Shown: positions 27,861-38,706, counted from the stretch's first letter. The stretch: 64,000 nt of DNA from an uncultured Chromatiales bacterium (GCA_964388275.1 CAYLZD010000010.1:8023-72022), one strand, 5' to 3'. Translations and numbers: made by a program. Notes: generated by a model from the letters alone, not told the origin.

Positions 27861-29165
27861 TCAATGACCGGCCGGTGTCGGCTTGGCGTTCCAGAGCTTG
27901 AGCATTAGCACAGCGCCTATCACCGAAAAGCCGATCATGCTTGGACCCCATGCGCCCCAGCCGAAATTATCAAGCAGCCAACCCATGCCGATGCCGACAG
28001 CCGCGCCGCCGATATACTGCATGCCATCGAACATTCCCGCCGCCGTCGCTGCCGCCTTCTGGCCGCCGAAATCCATGGAGGCCGTGCCCGACAGCATCGA
28101 GTGAACCATGGATATGGCAAGGGAATTGACGATGAAAGCGGCTATCACGAAGTTGAGATCCAGCGACAACCAGACCACCGCCAGCGCCGCTATCTGCAGC
28201 ATGTAACCGATGAAGGCCACGGGCGTGCGGCGTGACGAGAAGAGCCAGTCCGACATGGTGCCCGCGAGGAAGGCCCCGGCTATGCCCGCCGCCACCACCG
28301 CGAAAGCTCCTTTCTGAAAGACTCCCGAGTCCAGAGGAAGATGCTGCGCTTCCTGCATGTACCGCGGGAACCACTGCTCGAAACCGTGCCGCACGAAGCC
28401 CGTGCAGAACTCCGCGACGGCTATGGTGATCGTTACAGGATTCGTGAACACCCTTTTGAACACGAAGCGGAAATCCACCTTCCCCTTGTAGTCGCTCGTC
28501 GCGTCGGCCGTGTTCAGCGGGGCCAGTCCAGCTTCCTCCGGCACATTGCGCACGTACAGGTACGTGAGCAGCGCCATTATGCCCACTATTCCGGCGGGTA
28601 TGAAGAAGACCCATTGCCACGGGAGCAGCGTCACTATGACTCCGCCGATGAAAAAGATCAGCGCCCGGCCGCTTTGAATCATCGAGCCGAAAATCGCGGA
28701 AAACACCCCCCTTTCCCTGACGTGGAACCAGCCGGAATTCACCTTTATCAGAGCCAGCGCGCTGAAGGACTGGAAATAACTGTTCAGCGCCCAGACGGAA
28801 GCGAAATATGCGAGCAGAAAAGGTCCCGTTCCGAAAAATCCGAGATAAGCTCCCAGACCGAAAAACACGTTGAAGATCATTGCGCCGGTGGCGCCGATTA
28901 TCATGGCGCGCCTTCCGCCTATACGATCAGCGATAGGGCCGTTGAATAATGCCGCGAAACCGTATAGCGTGAGTGCGGCTGTGATTATGGCGCCTATCTC
29001 GGTCTTGTCCCAGCCATAGGAGTCCGACAGCGATTTGTTGGCGAAGGACAGGTTGTAGCGCGCCATGTACATCACCGCGTATGTAAATCCCAGAGTCAGC
29101 CAGTTGACGCTTCGTCGCCTGCGGAATTCAGGCGGGTGATTCAACGGATTGCGTGTGAATTTCAT
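27861..29165 (-). CDS. MFS transporter, organophosphate:Pi antiporter (OPA; GlpT/UhpT-like) family.
   Basis: 434 aa with 12 predicted TM helices. The OPA signature YMARYNLSFA near TM1 matches the GlpT-type YxxRxNxxxA. Confidence 0.8.
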   Translation of the reverse strand: MKFTRNPLNHPPEFRRRRSVNWLTLGFTYAVMYMARYNLSFANKSLSDSYGWDKTEIGAIITAALTLYGFAALFNGPIADRIGGRRAMIIGATGAMIFNVFFGLGAYLGFFGTGPFLLAYFASVWALNSYFQSFSALALIKVNSGWFHVRERGVFSAIFGSMIQSGRALIFFIGGVIVTLLPWQWVFFIPAGIVGIMALLTYLYVRNVPEEAGLAPLNTADATSDYKGKVDFRFVFKRVFTNPVTITIAVAEFCTGFVRHGFEQWFPRYMQEAQHLPLDSGVFQKGAFAVVAAGIAGAFLAGTMSDWLFSSRRTPVAFIGYMLQIAALAVVWLSLDLNFVIAAFIVNSLAISMVHSMLSGTASMDFGGQKAAATAAGMFDGMQYIGGAAVGIGMGWLLDNFGWGAWGPSMIGFSVIGAVLMLKLWNAKPTPAGH

Positions 29166-29369
29166 CGTGCTCGTTGTTGGAATGTATGGTCAGGTGGCGG
29201 ATGAGGGAGAAGAGGCTGCGATGAAAATAGGATTTTATGGAGCAACGAGGAAAATCCCATGCCATTCTCACGGCGGGAATCACGATGACCAGAGCGGGAA
29301 GCATTCGCGGGACTAACTTCACAAACGGTGGACGAGGGATGCGTCACCTGTCCATTGACCGCCTGCTGC

Positions 29370-29398
29370 TTGACAGTGATGTTCCCGCAATGTAGTTT
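29370..29398 (+). promoter_or_regulatory. Sigma70-like promoter candidate for rsgA (TTGACA-17-TAGTTT).
   Basis: TTGACA at 29370-29375, a 17-nt spacer, then TAGTTT at 29393-29398. It lies 34 nt upstream of the rsgA ATG. Confidence 0.35.
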
Positions 29399-29431
29399 GT
29401 CCCCGAGGATGCAATTCGACAACGCAAGACG

Positions 29432-30559
29432 ATGAACAAGTCCGACGACCCGAATTCCGGCGATGCTCCACAGGACGCCCGGCAGGACGACGACGCGCCT
29501 CGGCGGGTTGAAAAACGCAAAAACCTGGAGAAACTTTGGCGCAAAGGGGATCTTCGTTGGCGTTTCAGCGGTGAGGAAGAGGGTGAGCACGATTTCATCG
29601 CGCGCAAAAGGGGAGGTCCTCGGAGGCATCAACTCGTAAGACCCGAAAACGAGAGAGACGCGCTTGTGGTTGAAACCGGCGGTCCCTCGGTCGTCCTGCT
29701 CGATGGAGACGAAGAGCTGCGCGCCCGCCCGAGACGGTCAACGACCACCGAAAATCCGAATTCCACACTTCTTGCCATCGGCGACCGAGTCAGATATATC
29801 GGCGCGGGGCCGGGTGACGCTGTGATATCGCATGTATATGAAAGGCGCACGGCCCTGCTGCGCAGTTCGGTGTCGTCGCGCGGCGCTGCCGCCGTGCTGG
29901 TCGCGAATCTCGACCGCATCGTCATCGTGGCCGCCGCCACGAACGAGCTTCTCAAACCGGGCCTGATAGACCGCTACCTGATCGCCACGGTCATGGGAGG
30001 CATGGAACCGCTGATCTGCATAAACAAGATGGATCTGGTGGATGAAGAGGACTTGGCGTTGGTGGACGATACGGCCGGCATGTACAGGACAGCCGGCTAT
30101 GAAGTGATCTATACGAGTTGCGTGAGCGGAGAAGGTCTGGACGAACTGGCCAATATGCTTCATGATTCCATATCCGCTTTCTCGGGTCATTCCGGCGTGG
30201 GAAAAACCAGCCTGCTGAACATCCTCGTCCCGCTGGCGGGCGGCAAAATAGACGAACTCAGCGAGCAGAGCCGGCGGGGCATGCATACGACCACCAAGAG
30301 CGTTCTCTATGATCTTCCCAACGGCGGCTACCTCGCGGATACGCCGGGCATCCGGGAATTCGGGCTCTTCCATTTCGATCCCGCCGGACTGCGCGCCTAT
30401 TACCCGGAATTCGTGGCCGTCGCCGACAACTGCCGCTTCCCTTCCTGCACGCATGTCCACGAACCGGGCTGCGCCGTGATAGAAGCGTTGGAAGCGGGAG
30501 CGATTCATGCGGTGCGGTACAGGAATTACCTTCAGATACTAGCCAGCGAGGACGAGTGA
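29432..30559 (+). CDS. rsgA: Ribosome small-subunit-dependent GTPase A.
   Basis: A circularly permuted GTPase: NKMDL (G4) precedes GHSGVGKTSLLN (G1), which precedes DTPG (G3). The C-terminal zinc-finger-like CRFPSCTHVHEPGCAV is present. The N-terminal extension is charged. Confidence 0.85.
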   Translation: MNKSDDPNSGDAPQDARQDDDAPRRVEKRKNLEKLWRKGDLRWRFSGEEEGEHDFIARKRGGPRRHQLVRPENERDALVVETGGPSVVLLDGDEELRARPRRSTTTENPNSTLLAIGDRVRYIGAGPGDAVISHVYERRTALLRSSVSSRGAAAVLVANLDRIVIVAAATNELLKPGLIDRYLIATVMGGMEPLICINKMDLVDEEDLALVDDTAGMYRTAGYEVIYTSCVSGEGLDELANMLHDSISAFSGHSGVGKTSLLNILVPLAGGKIDELSEQSRRGMHTTTKSVLYDLPNGGYLADTPGIREFGLFHFDPAGLRAYYPEFVAVADNCRFPSCTHVHEPGCAVIEALEAGAIHAVRYRNYLQILASEDE

Positions 30560-30698
30560 GCGATCCCTTCCGTTCGCGTCGCGCTGTCTCGTAGCCAGCC
30601 TGTCGGCATCCGGAAGCAATTCTTTGCACCGTCGCATAGCATACCATTTCCTGTATTCGTACATTTCCGGAGTAGTTATGCCATAACCCGGAGGGTAT

Positions 30699-33600
30699 AT
30701 GTTCACCCGAATCTCCGCGCTTCTTCTGTTCATTTCCATTTCGCTTCCCACCGCGGGCAACGACGCGGCCGGACGAGCGGGAAACAGCGGAGCGCCGAGT
30801 TTGTTGATGAATCCTTCATGGTCGCGATCCGGCGCGGCGCCTGCCGCCGACAGTATCTCCGGAGTCATCAACATATACGCGCGGCTTCTTGCATTCACAC
30901 CCTGCCCGGAAAAAGTGATCGTGTCGAGCAGCGCCGGCTTCCGTCCCAAGGATCTGGCATTGGTGATGCAGATGACCGGCGCGAAGGTGCGGAGACCCAA
31001 CACCACGAACTACGGTCAGATCACAGACACGGCCTCGGCCGGAGTCTTCGAATTCGTCCGAATCAAACGCGTCGAGACGCAGGAATTGGTGTTCGAGACG
31101 CCGCTGCAGCGCGTCTACGATCTTCGCGAAGCAGTGCAGGTGATACGCGTGCCCGAATACGGTGATGTGACCATAACTTCGGACGTGACCGCGCCGCCAT
31201 GGGACGGGTCGACGGGCGGCGTGATCGCGCTGGTGAGCAACGGGACTGTGACTCTGCGCGCCGACATAGACGCAACCGGCACGGGTTTTCCGGGAGGAGA
31301 TCCATCGGTCAATGCCAGTTTCAACAGTGTCACCGATTATGTGCATGCGACCCTTTCCGGCAGATCCGGCTTGAAGGGCGCCGGCATTGCCGCGGCCTTG
31401 CCCGACTCCAACGCGGGCCGGGGCGCTCTGGCCAACGGCGGCGGCGGCGGCAACGGCCACAATGCCGGCGGCGGCGGCGGAAGCAACGCGGGCACAGGCG
31501 GCAGAGGCGGCAATCAGCATAACGGAGCTTCACCAATGGAAATAGGAGGAATCGGCGGTTGGGCGCTGCCATACGGAGCGCAGCCGCCGCGCGTGTTCCT
31601 AGGCGGGGGAGGCGGAGGCGGTCATCAGAATGACGGGCTCGGTGTTAAGGGAGCTCCGGGAGGCGGCATCGTTATGATCAAAGCGGACAGGATCCTCAGT
31701 CCGCTCGGAAGAGTCATCAAAGCCGACGGCGCGGCCCAGACACGCCGCGCGGGCAATGATGGAGGCGGCGGCGGGGGCGGCGGAGGCGCCATCCTGACTG
31801 ACGTGCGCGAATTCGGAAACCGCGTCACATTGTCGGCCAGGGGAGGCAAGGGCGGCGACGTCGACAACGCGGGAAACAGAACTCAATGCCATGGATCGGG
31901 CGGCGGGGGCGGAGGCGGTGTCGTATGGATTTCCGGCGCGGTCTTCACTCCCAACATGCTGCCCATTGTCACAGGCGGAGCTCCGGGACTCAATGTAATT
32001 ACCGGACCTTGCCGCGATCAGCCATACGGTGCGCTGGAAGGCGATACCGGTCTAACGCTCACCGAACTGCGAATCGAGTGGAACGGCGGGACTCCGCGCA
32101 GCTTCACGGCCACTTTGCCGGATACCATAAGAATCTGCGAAGGCGACTCCGTCTGGTTGAATCCTCGCGTCAACGGCGGCTTCCGGCCGCTCCGCTATGA
32201 ATGGCGCCCTCCAATCGATCCTTCTGCCGTGGTCCGGCCGCCTGTCTCCACGACATACACGCTGATCGTCACCGACATCTGTGACGACACCGCAATAGCA
32301 TCGGTGCGGGTGGAGGTCATTCCGCTGCCGACCGCTGCCCTCCAGAAAAAATGCGACTCGCTTTTCGCCGAGCCTCCAGGGCTCAAGTACGAATGGTACC
32401 GCGACGGTTTCAGGCTCTATGGCGATTCGCTCGACCGCATCGAAGCTCGTATCGACGGCGTGTACTCGGTGCGTGTGGAAACTCCCGAGGGCTGCGGCTC
32501 GTTGTCGCCATCGCTCGAGGTACGGCTTCTCTCGGCCACTCCTCCACCCGGTCCCATCACAATTTGCGAGGACTCCTGCGTGACGTTGAGGCCTCTTGTC
32601 GGCGGCGGAACGGCGCCGTACACTTACTCGTGGATTCCGCAGGAAGGGATGATCCCTCCGCCGCATGCGCCCACGGTGTGCCCCGACAGCAGCACTACGT
32701 ACGTGCTGACTGTAGTGGACGCATGCCTGGATACGGTGAGACTGCAGATCCCGGTCACCGTATTCCCGCGTCCTCTCGCGGCGATCAGCCGGTCCGGCGA
32801 TACTTTACGCGCCGAACCGCCCGGCATGACGTACCAGTGGTTCAGAAACGACACGCTGCTGCCGGGCGCCAGGTCAAGGACTATAGTGCCGGACATTCCC
32901 GGCTTCTATTCAGTGGAAGTCACAAGCCTGGAAGGATGCCGGGCGATGTCGCCTCCCGAGAGGATCTTCCGCTTCGCGGCTTTTCTGCCTGCTTCATTGG
33001 CCGTCTGCCCTGATTCCTGCACAGTCTTGCCCTTGCTGGTGGCCGGAGGCCGTAAACCGTTCAGCTTCGCCTGGTCTCCCGGCGGTTCGCTGACGCTGCC
33101 GTCTGATTCGACTCCCGTCGCCTGTCCGGACAGCACGACCCTGTACACGGTGATAATCACCGACAATAATGGAGATACCACATCGGCATCCGTCAGGGTT
33201 CGCGTTCATCCTCGAATTTCCGCGATCATTCACAGAAGCGGCGACACGTTGACCGCCGATCCGGAAGGAGCGTCCTACCGCTGGTTCAGGGATGGAGTCC
33301 CTATCCCGGGCGCGGACCGCCGGCAGCTGATTACAGATGTCGACGGATTTTACACGGTCGAGATCATATCTTCTGAAGGCTGTCCCGCGCTGTCCCCGCC
33401 CGAGAGGCTCAAGAAGTACCTGTTGAGGATGCCCGGTGCTCCCAGTATCTGCCGTGATTCCTGCGTTTTATTGAGCCCCGAGGTTATAGGCGGCTCAAGA
33501 CCTCTGAGCATGTTCTGGCGGCCGTCTGCGGGATTGAGTTTCCCGAGCGACTCCACGGCGCTGGCCTGTCCCGACTCCAGCACGACCTACATGCTCACCG

Positions 33601-34988
33601 TTATCGACTCGGAAGGGGATACGGTCGCTTCCGCGGTCGCGGTGCGAGTGGTTCCGCCGCCGCCGGCCGCAATTCGGAGAAGCGGAGACACGCTTATTGC
33701 GTCTCCGCCGGGCATGTCGTACCGTTGGTACCGGGATGGCCTGCTGTTGCCCGGGGAAAACGCGGACCGTCTTCTTGCACCGGCCGCCGGCGCTTACACG
33801 GTGGAAGTGACATCGCTCGAAGGTTGCCCGGCACTCTCGAATCCGCTTCGAATAATCCGGATCGTGCTGCCTCCGTCCATCGGCGTCTGCCCTGATTCCT
33901 GTGTGCTGCTTCAGCCCTCGATCATGGGCGCGCAGGGACCCAGCACTTTTCTATGGACTCCGGCCGCCGGACTCTCCTCGGACGCCGACTCCACACCGGT
34001 CGCCTGCCCGTTGTCGACAACGAGGTACCGGCTGCTGCTCATCGATGCGCTCGGCGACAGCGTTTCGGCCGAAATCGAGGTCGTGGTCCACGCTGTGCCT
34101 GCTGTGACGATAAACCGCATTGGCGACACGCTGTACGTTTCGCCGCCCGGTCTGCGGTGCAGGTGGTTTCTCGACGGGAGCGAGATTCCCGGCGCAACGG
34201 AGGAGCGCATTCATGCGCATGCCGACGGCATCTACACCGTTAATGCGCTTACACCCGAGGGATGTCCGGTCGAAAGCTCTCCTTACGACGTCAGGCGTCT
34301 GCCAGCCCTGGTTTCATTGCGTTGTCCGCCGCCGCGCCGTTACCGTCCGGGCGAGAGAGTAGAGGCCGTGTTGTCGCTGACTCTTCCCGAGGGGCCGCGT
34401 GTTGAAGGACCGGGCTCCGCCGCGGCGCACTTGCGGCTGAAGGCCGGCGTATTGGCCCCGTTGCCCGGCACTGCCGACAGCGTGATCATCGAGCGGCCCG
34501 ATATGCTCATAGTGCGTTCGATCGGCGGCATCCCCGCCGGCGCGGCCGAGCTTTCGCTGCCCTTGAACTTCATAGCCACACTCGGCAGCGGCGAGTGCAC
34601 CGAAATCGCTCTCGACTCCCTCAAATGGATAGGCGGCGATATGCCCATTCTGTACTCGGGGATATCCTGCGAAGTCTGCGTCGAGATCTGCCGCGAGGGA
34701 GGCGAGCGGTTATTCGACGACGGCGTCGGACATGCATATCTGCGCAATCACCCGGATCCATTCAACTCGACTACGATAATCGAATACGGTCTGATCGAGG
34801 ACGGCCCGTATGATCTCTTCGTCGTGGACGTTCTCGGCCGGCGCGTTGCGGATATTGCAGGCGGCCGGGGTGAAAGAGGCGGGCACAGGGTGGCTTTCGA
34901 GCGGTCCGGCCTCGGATCCGGAGTATATATCGCCGTTTTGGCCACGGAGAACATTTTCCTGCGCAGCAAGATGATAATCGTGGAGTGA
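30699..34988 (+). CDS. Giant (1429 aa) T9SS-secreted adhesin-like protein with a glycine-rich beta-helix-like region and about 8 tandem Ig-like (CxDSC... SprB/CHU_C-type) repeats.
   Basis: Signal peptide. Gly-rich tracts (GGGGNGHNAGGGGGSNAGTGGRGGNQHNGAS; NDGGGGGGGGGAIL). A repeated module reads ICxDSCV.L.P...GG..P..(F/Y)xWxP...L / RSGDTLxAxPPGMxYxWxRDG.LLPG...R. The C-terminal T9SS CTD is HPDPFNSTTIIEYGL...GVYIAVLATENIFLRSKMIIVE. Confidence 0.85.
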   Translation: MFTRISALLLFISISLPTAGNDAAGRAGNSGAPSLLMNPSWSRSGAAPAADSISGVINIYARLLAFTPCPEKVIVSSSAGFRPKDLALVMQMTGAKVRRPNTTNYGQITDTASAGVFEFVRIKRVETQELVFETPLQRVYDLREAVQVIRVPEYGDVTITSDVTAPPWDGSTGGVIALVSNGTVTLRADIDATGTGFPGGDPSVNASFNSVTDYVHATLSGRSGLKGAGIAAALPDSNAGRGALANGGGGGNGHNAGGGGGSNAGTGGRGGNQHNGASPMEIGGIGGWALPYGAQPPRVFLGGGGGGGHQNDGLGVKGAPGGGIVMIKADRILSPLGRVIKADGAAQTRRAGNDGGGGGGGGGAILTDVREFGNRVTLSARGGKGGDVDNAGNRTQCHGSGGGGGGGVVWISGAVFTPNMLPIVTGGAPGLNVITGPCRDQPYGALEGDTGLTLTELRIEWNGGTPRSFTATLPDTIRICEGDSVWLNPRVNGGFRPLRYEWRPPIDPSAVVRPPVSTTYTLIVTDICDDTAIASVRVEVIPLPTAALQKKCDSLFAEPPGLKYEWYRDGFRLYGDSLDRIEARIDGVYSVRVETPEGCGSLSPSLEVRLLSATPPPGPITICEDSCVTLRPLVGGGTAPYTYSWIPQEGMIPPPHAPTVCPDSSTTYVLTVVDACLDTVRLQIPVTVFPRPLAAISRSGDTLRAEPPGMTYQWFRNDTLLPGARSRTIVPDIPGFYSVEVTSLEGCRAMSPPERIFRFAAFLPASLAVCPDSCTVLPLLVAGGRKPFSFAWSPGGSLTLPSDSTPVACPDSTTLYTVIITDNNGDTTSASVRVRVHPRISAIIHRSGDTLTADPEGASYRWFRDGVPIPGADRRQLITDVDGFYTVEIISSEGCPALSPPERLKKYLLRMPGAPSICRDSCVLLSPEVIGGSRPLSMFWRPSAGLSFPSDSTALACPDSSTTYMLTVIDSEGDTVASAVAVRVVPPPPAAIRRSGDTLIASPPGMSYRWYRDGLLLPGENADRLLAPAAGAYTVEVTSLEGCPALSNPLRIIRIVLPPSIGVCPDSCVLLQPSIMGAQGPSTFLWTPAAGLSSDADSTPVACPLSTTRYRLLLIDALGDSVSAEIEVVVHAVPAVTINRIGDTLYVSPPGLRCRWFLDGSEIPGATEERIHAHADGIYTVNALTPEGCPVESSPYDVRRLPALVSLRCPPPRRYRPGERVEAVLSLTLPEGPRVEGPGSAAAHLRLKAGVLAPLPGTADSVIIERPDMLIVRSIGGIPAGAAELSLPLNFIATLGSGECTEIALDSLKWIGGDMPILYSGISCEVCVEICREGGERLFDDGVGHAYLRNHPDPFNSTTIIEYGLIEDGPYDLFVVDVLGRRVADIAGGRGERGGHRVAFERSGLGSGVYIAVLATENIFLRSKMIIVE

Positions 34989-35116
34989 AGCCGCCGCGCG
35001 GGGGTGTAAGAATCGCGTAAGTTTTTAGTGAGCGCCGCGTTTGCTAGATTGCGTTAACGGGAAACAGGCCAGCCTGATCCCGACCCGCCATCAAAAACAA
35101 GCTCAAGGCCGTCACT

Positions 35117-35740
35117 ATGAAATTCCTGCGGAATATACTGCCAAAGGAAGAGAAGTATTTCGAGCATTTCAACGACATCATCTCCCATATCGGTGAGATG
35201 GCGAAATTGACCCATCAGTACTTCTCCGAGCTGCCTTACGCCCCCGACATACTGTTGACACTGAAACCGCTGGAAAAGCGCTGCGACGAAATAACCAACA
35301 AGGTCGTCAAGCAACTCAACAAGACTTTCGTGACGCCGTTCGACCGGGAAGACATTCTGCAGCTCATTCAGCGGCTCGACGACATCAGCGACACCCTGCT
35401 GGGCGCCTGCCTGCGGGTGGAGATATTCAAGCTGAACGATCACATCGACGGCGCGGAGAAACTCATGCGCATCGTTTCACTGCAGATCCAGGAATTGGAG
35501 AAGGCCATACGCGGCATCAAGGAAAAACGCGACACGCTTGCCGAATGCAAGGCCGTCAAAGACCTGGAACGGGAAGCCGACGTGGTTTACCAGACGCATA
35601 CGACGCGTCTTTTCGAGGAAGAGCGCGACGCCATCACATTGATCAAGAAAAAGGAAATACTCGAGATACTCGAAAATGCCTCCGATCGCTGCCAGGTCGT
35701 GGCGAACATGGTGATGTCCATCGTAATCAAGAACGCGTGA
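35117..35740 (+). CDS. DUF47 (PhoU-like, TIGR00153) protein partnering the PiT transporter.
   Basis: 207 aa and helical. MKFLRNILPKEEKYFEHFND...CDEITNKV is characteristic of the DUF47 family found upstream of pit genes. Confidence 0.8.
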   Translation: MKFLRNILPKEEKYFEHFNDIISHIGEMAKLTHQYFSELPYAPDILLTLKPLEKRCDEITNKVVKQLNKTFVTPFDREDILQLIQRLDDISDTLLGACLRVEIFKLNDHIDGAEKLMRIVSLQIQELEKAIRGIKEKRDTLAECKAVKDLEREADVVYQTHTTRLFEEERDAITLIKKKEILEILENASDRCQVVANMVMSIVIKNA

Positions 35741-35745
35741 TAGCC

Positions 35746-36747
35746 ATGGCGGCGGTTATAGTCATCATCGCGCTGGCACTCATATTCGACTTTTACAACG
35801 GGATGAACGACGCGGCGAATTCCATTGCCACCGTCGTTTCAACCCGCGTCTTGACTCCTCTGCAGGGTGTCATCTGGGCCGCGTTTTTCAACTTCATCGC
35901 GGCCTTTTTTTTCGGCGTTCACGTGGCGACGACCATCGGCAAAGGGCTCGTGGATGTTTCCATAGTCGACAACACCGTCATACTCGGCACCCTGCTCGGC
36001 GCGATCGCGATGACCGCCGCGGCCACGCATCGCGGCCTGCCCATCAGCGTTTCGCACGCCATCATCGGGGGTTACGGCGGCGCGGCAGTGGCGAAAGCCG
36101 GACCCGGAGTCCTGATTGTGGCGGGCTACACGAAGGTGCTGGCTTTCATCATCGCCGCGCCTTTTCTCGGCCTTTTAGTCGCCTACCTGTTCTCGGTCGT
36201 TACAATGTGGATAGTCAAGGACAAGGCTCCTCGCGGTGTGGACCGCTGGTTCCGGCATCTGCAGCTCGTTTCCGCGGCGTGGTACAGTCTGAGCCACGGC
36301 GCCAACGACGCGCAGAAAACCATGGGGATAATCGCCCTCGTGCTGTTCACAAACGGCCTGCTCGGCACGGAATTCTACGTGCCGTTCTGGGTGATAATGA
36401 CCTGTTATGCGTTCATCGCGCTCGGAACACTGGTGGGCGGATGGAAAGTCATCAGGACGCTGGGCATGCGCATGACCAAGCTCACTCCTTTCGGAGGATT
36501 CAGCGCGGAGTCCGGAGCGGCCATTACCATAATCGGCGCCACCTTGTTCGGCATACCGGTGAGCACGACGCACACCATAACCGGCGCGATAATCGGAGTC
36601 GGCTCGGTGCGCGGCGTTTCCGCGGTCCGCTGGGGCGTCGCCCGCAACATCATGTGGGCCTGGATACTCACGATTCCCCTTTCGGCGGGCTTCGCCGCGT
36701 TGGCGTACACGCTCGTGGACATGATCAACAAGGCGTTTTTACTCTGA
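35746..36747 (+). CDS. pit: Inorganic phosphate transporter, PiT family.
   Basis: GMNDAANSIATVVSTRVL (GxNDxAN) is at the N-terminus and HGANDAQKTMGII is the second repeat signature. Polytopic. The start is 5 nt after the DUF47 stop. Confidence 0.9.
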   Translation: MAAVIVIIALALIFDFYNGMNDAANSIATVVSTRVLTPLQGVIWAAFFNFIAAFFFGVHVATTIGKGLVDVSIVDNTVILGTLLGAIAMTAAATHRGLPISVSHAIIGGYGGAAVAKAGPGVLIVAGYTKVLAFIIAAPFLGLLVAYLFSVVTMWIVKDKAPRGVDRWFRHLQLVSAAWYSLSHGANDAQKTMGIIALVLFTNGLLGTEFYVPFWVIMTCYAFIALGTLVGGWKVIRTLGMRMTKLTPFGGFSAESGAAITIIGATLFGIPVSTTHTITGAIIGVGSVRGVSAVRWGVARNIMWAWILTIPLSAGFAALAYTLVDMINKAFLL

Positions 36748-36852
36748 GGCCGGAAATCGCCGCCTGACGCCGTCTCGCGCGGCAGCATGCGCGGGGCGGC
36801 GATGTTTCGTATGTTGCAGCCGGTACGTACGACAATTAAGGAGACGGATGCC

Positions 36853-38706
36853 ATGTTGAAGAAAGTCGCTTTCTTCGGAATCACCATTCTCACATTCCTT
36901 CCCGCCGTGGAAACAACCGCCCAGGATGCCCGGCGGCAGGCCGGCGAAGCGGTCAGGGAAATCATCAGGGAGAAACTGAAGATTCCTGAAGCGGATTTCG
37001 CGCGATTGCTGGCAGGCGAAAATCCCGGTGTCCGGCATCGGCCGCTTCCAGACGCATCGGTGAATGCGCCGGATGAAACGACGGTCAGCGGGGATCCTCT
37101 TCCGGAATCGGAAGTCCACGCGCTCATCAATCCCGCCGATCCTTCCAACATCGTTGTCTCGGCCATGCGCCTGAACTCCGGAAATCCCCAGGAAGCTTTG
37201 CTCTGCCCGATATATGTGTCCAAGGATTTCGGGCGGACCTGGATGAAAAGTTCCTTCCGCAACCTCCCGACCGAACCCGGCGCCATGGTGGCGGGCGGCG
37301 GCGATCCCATCTTTGCCGCCGACGCGGACGGAAAACTGTATTTCTCCTGGATAAATCTTTACCTCGCCGGCGGTTTCCGCCTGTACATGGCCATGTACTG
37401 GGCATGGTCGACCGACGGCGGCATCACCTGGCAGAGGGAGAAGAACGACGCGATAGGGAAGGTCGTCATGACCGATCCGATGACGGTCGAGGAGGCCTTC
37501 GACAAGCAATGGCTGGCGGTCGACCGGTCTGCATCGCAATGGCGCGGCACCCTCTACGCGGCTATGTTCCATCCGGATACCGCGGGTATCAAGGTGGCGG
37601 TCAGGCGCAAACCGCCGGACTCCGCAGCGTTCATTCAACAGTCCGTCCGCGTTTCTCCACCCGGACTCAAGCAGGTGCAATTCACGAGCATAGCCGTCGA
37701 CGGCGAGGGGGGCGTGCATGTGACCTTTTTCGCTTCCGAGGACAGCGCCGTGTATGCCATGTATCATGCCCGGTCCACGGACGGCGGTGTTTCCTTCGCC
37801 GCGCCCGTGAAGGTGTCGGACATCAACGTGCCGCGCTTTTCCGCGAACGACCGCAACGGCGGCATACCGGGCATTCAGGACAGACGGATTTACCCGGCCC
37901 CTCATCTCGTCGCCGATGTTTCCGGAGGATCCCGCAACGGTTGGCTCTACCTCGTCTGGGCCGCGAACGGAATAGCGGAGAAGGGCGCGAGCGGCATGGA
38001 TGTTTGGCTCAGCGTATCCTCCGACAATGGCGCGACCTGGCGCAATCCGAAGGTGGTCAACGACGATCAACCCGGCCTTCCTGTGGATCAGTTCCATCCC
38101 AGCATCGCGGTTAACGAGGACGGCATTCTCGGAGTGAGCTGGTACGACCGGCGCGAGGATCCGACCAACATCAGCGGGCGCTATTACTTCGCGGTTTCCA
38201 CGGACGGCGGGGAAACATTCTTTCCCAACAGACCGGCCGCGGGCATGCCCATGGATTTCACGCGGGCAGGCGCAGCCAACGGCGGTTTCGCCATCGGCGA
38301 ATACAATCAGCTCCTAATGAACAAGGAATACCTGATACCCGTCTGGGCCGACGGGCGGAACGACGACGGCAATCTCGACGTGCTCGCGGCATTCATACCG
38401 ATCTCGTCGGCCGCCGGCGCCGAGCGGGTGTGCACGGTCACGCCGTCGTTCTCCCTGGGCGCCAATCACCCGAATCCTTTTTCCGCCTCCACTCTGATTC
38501 CTTACAAACTTGCAGCGCCCGATTGGGTCCGCATCACCGTCTCAGACGCTCTCGGGCGAATCGTCGCCGAACTTGAGGACGCCAGGCTGGAGGCCGGCGA
38601 GCATACGGCGACCTTCGATGCCTCGGCGCTTCCGAGCGGGACGTACAACGTCGCGATGCATACCGGCTCGGGCAGAGCGATGCGCGCCGTCACAGTGGTG
38701 AAATAA
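36853..38706 (+). CDS. BNR/Asp-box repeat (sialidase / glycosyl-hydrolase-like) beta-propeller protein with a T9SS CTD.
   Basis: The SD AAGGAG lies upstream. Asp-boxes are WSTDGGITW, STDGGVSF, SSDNGATW and STDGGETF. The C-terminus NHPNPFSASTLIPYKL...SGTYNVAMHTGSGRAMRAVTVVK is a T9SS CTD. Confidence 0.8.
   Translation: MLKKVAFFGITILTFLPAVETTAQDARRQAGEAVREIIREKLKIPEADFARLLAGENPGVRHRPLPDASVNAPDETTVSGDPLPESEVHALINPADPSNIVVSAMRLNSGNPQEALLCPIYVSKDFGRTWMKSSFRNLPTEPGAMVAGGGDPIFAADADGKLYFSWINLYLAGGFRLYMAMYWAWSTDGGITWQREKNDAIGKVVMTDPMTVEEAFDKQWLAVDRSASQWRGTLYAAMFHPDTAGIKVAVRRKPPDSAAFIQQSVRVSPPGLKQVQFTSIAVDGEGGVHVTFFASEDSAVYAMYHARSTDGGVSFAAPVKVSDINVPRFSANDRNGGIPGIQDRRIYPAPHLVADVSGGSRNGWLYLVWAANGIAEKGASGMDVWLSVSSDNGATWRNPKVVNDDQPGLPVDQFHPSIAVNEDGILGVSWYDRREDPTNISGRYYFAVSTDGGETFFPNRPAAGMPMDFTRAGAANGGFAIGEYNQLLMNKEYLIPVWADGRNDDGNLDVLAAFIPISSAAGAERVCTVTPSFSLGANHPNPFSASTLIPYKLAAPDWVRITVSDALGRIVAELEDARLEAGEHTATFDASALPSGTYNVAMHTGSGRAMRAVTVVK

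Noticed and set aside
36405-38097. Minus-strand ORFs 36405-37310 and 36739-38097
   Set aside because: They are antisense to the PiT transporter and BNR/T9SS genes, which have unambiguous signatures.
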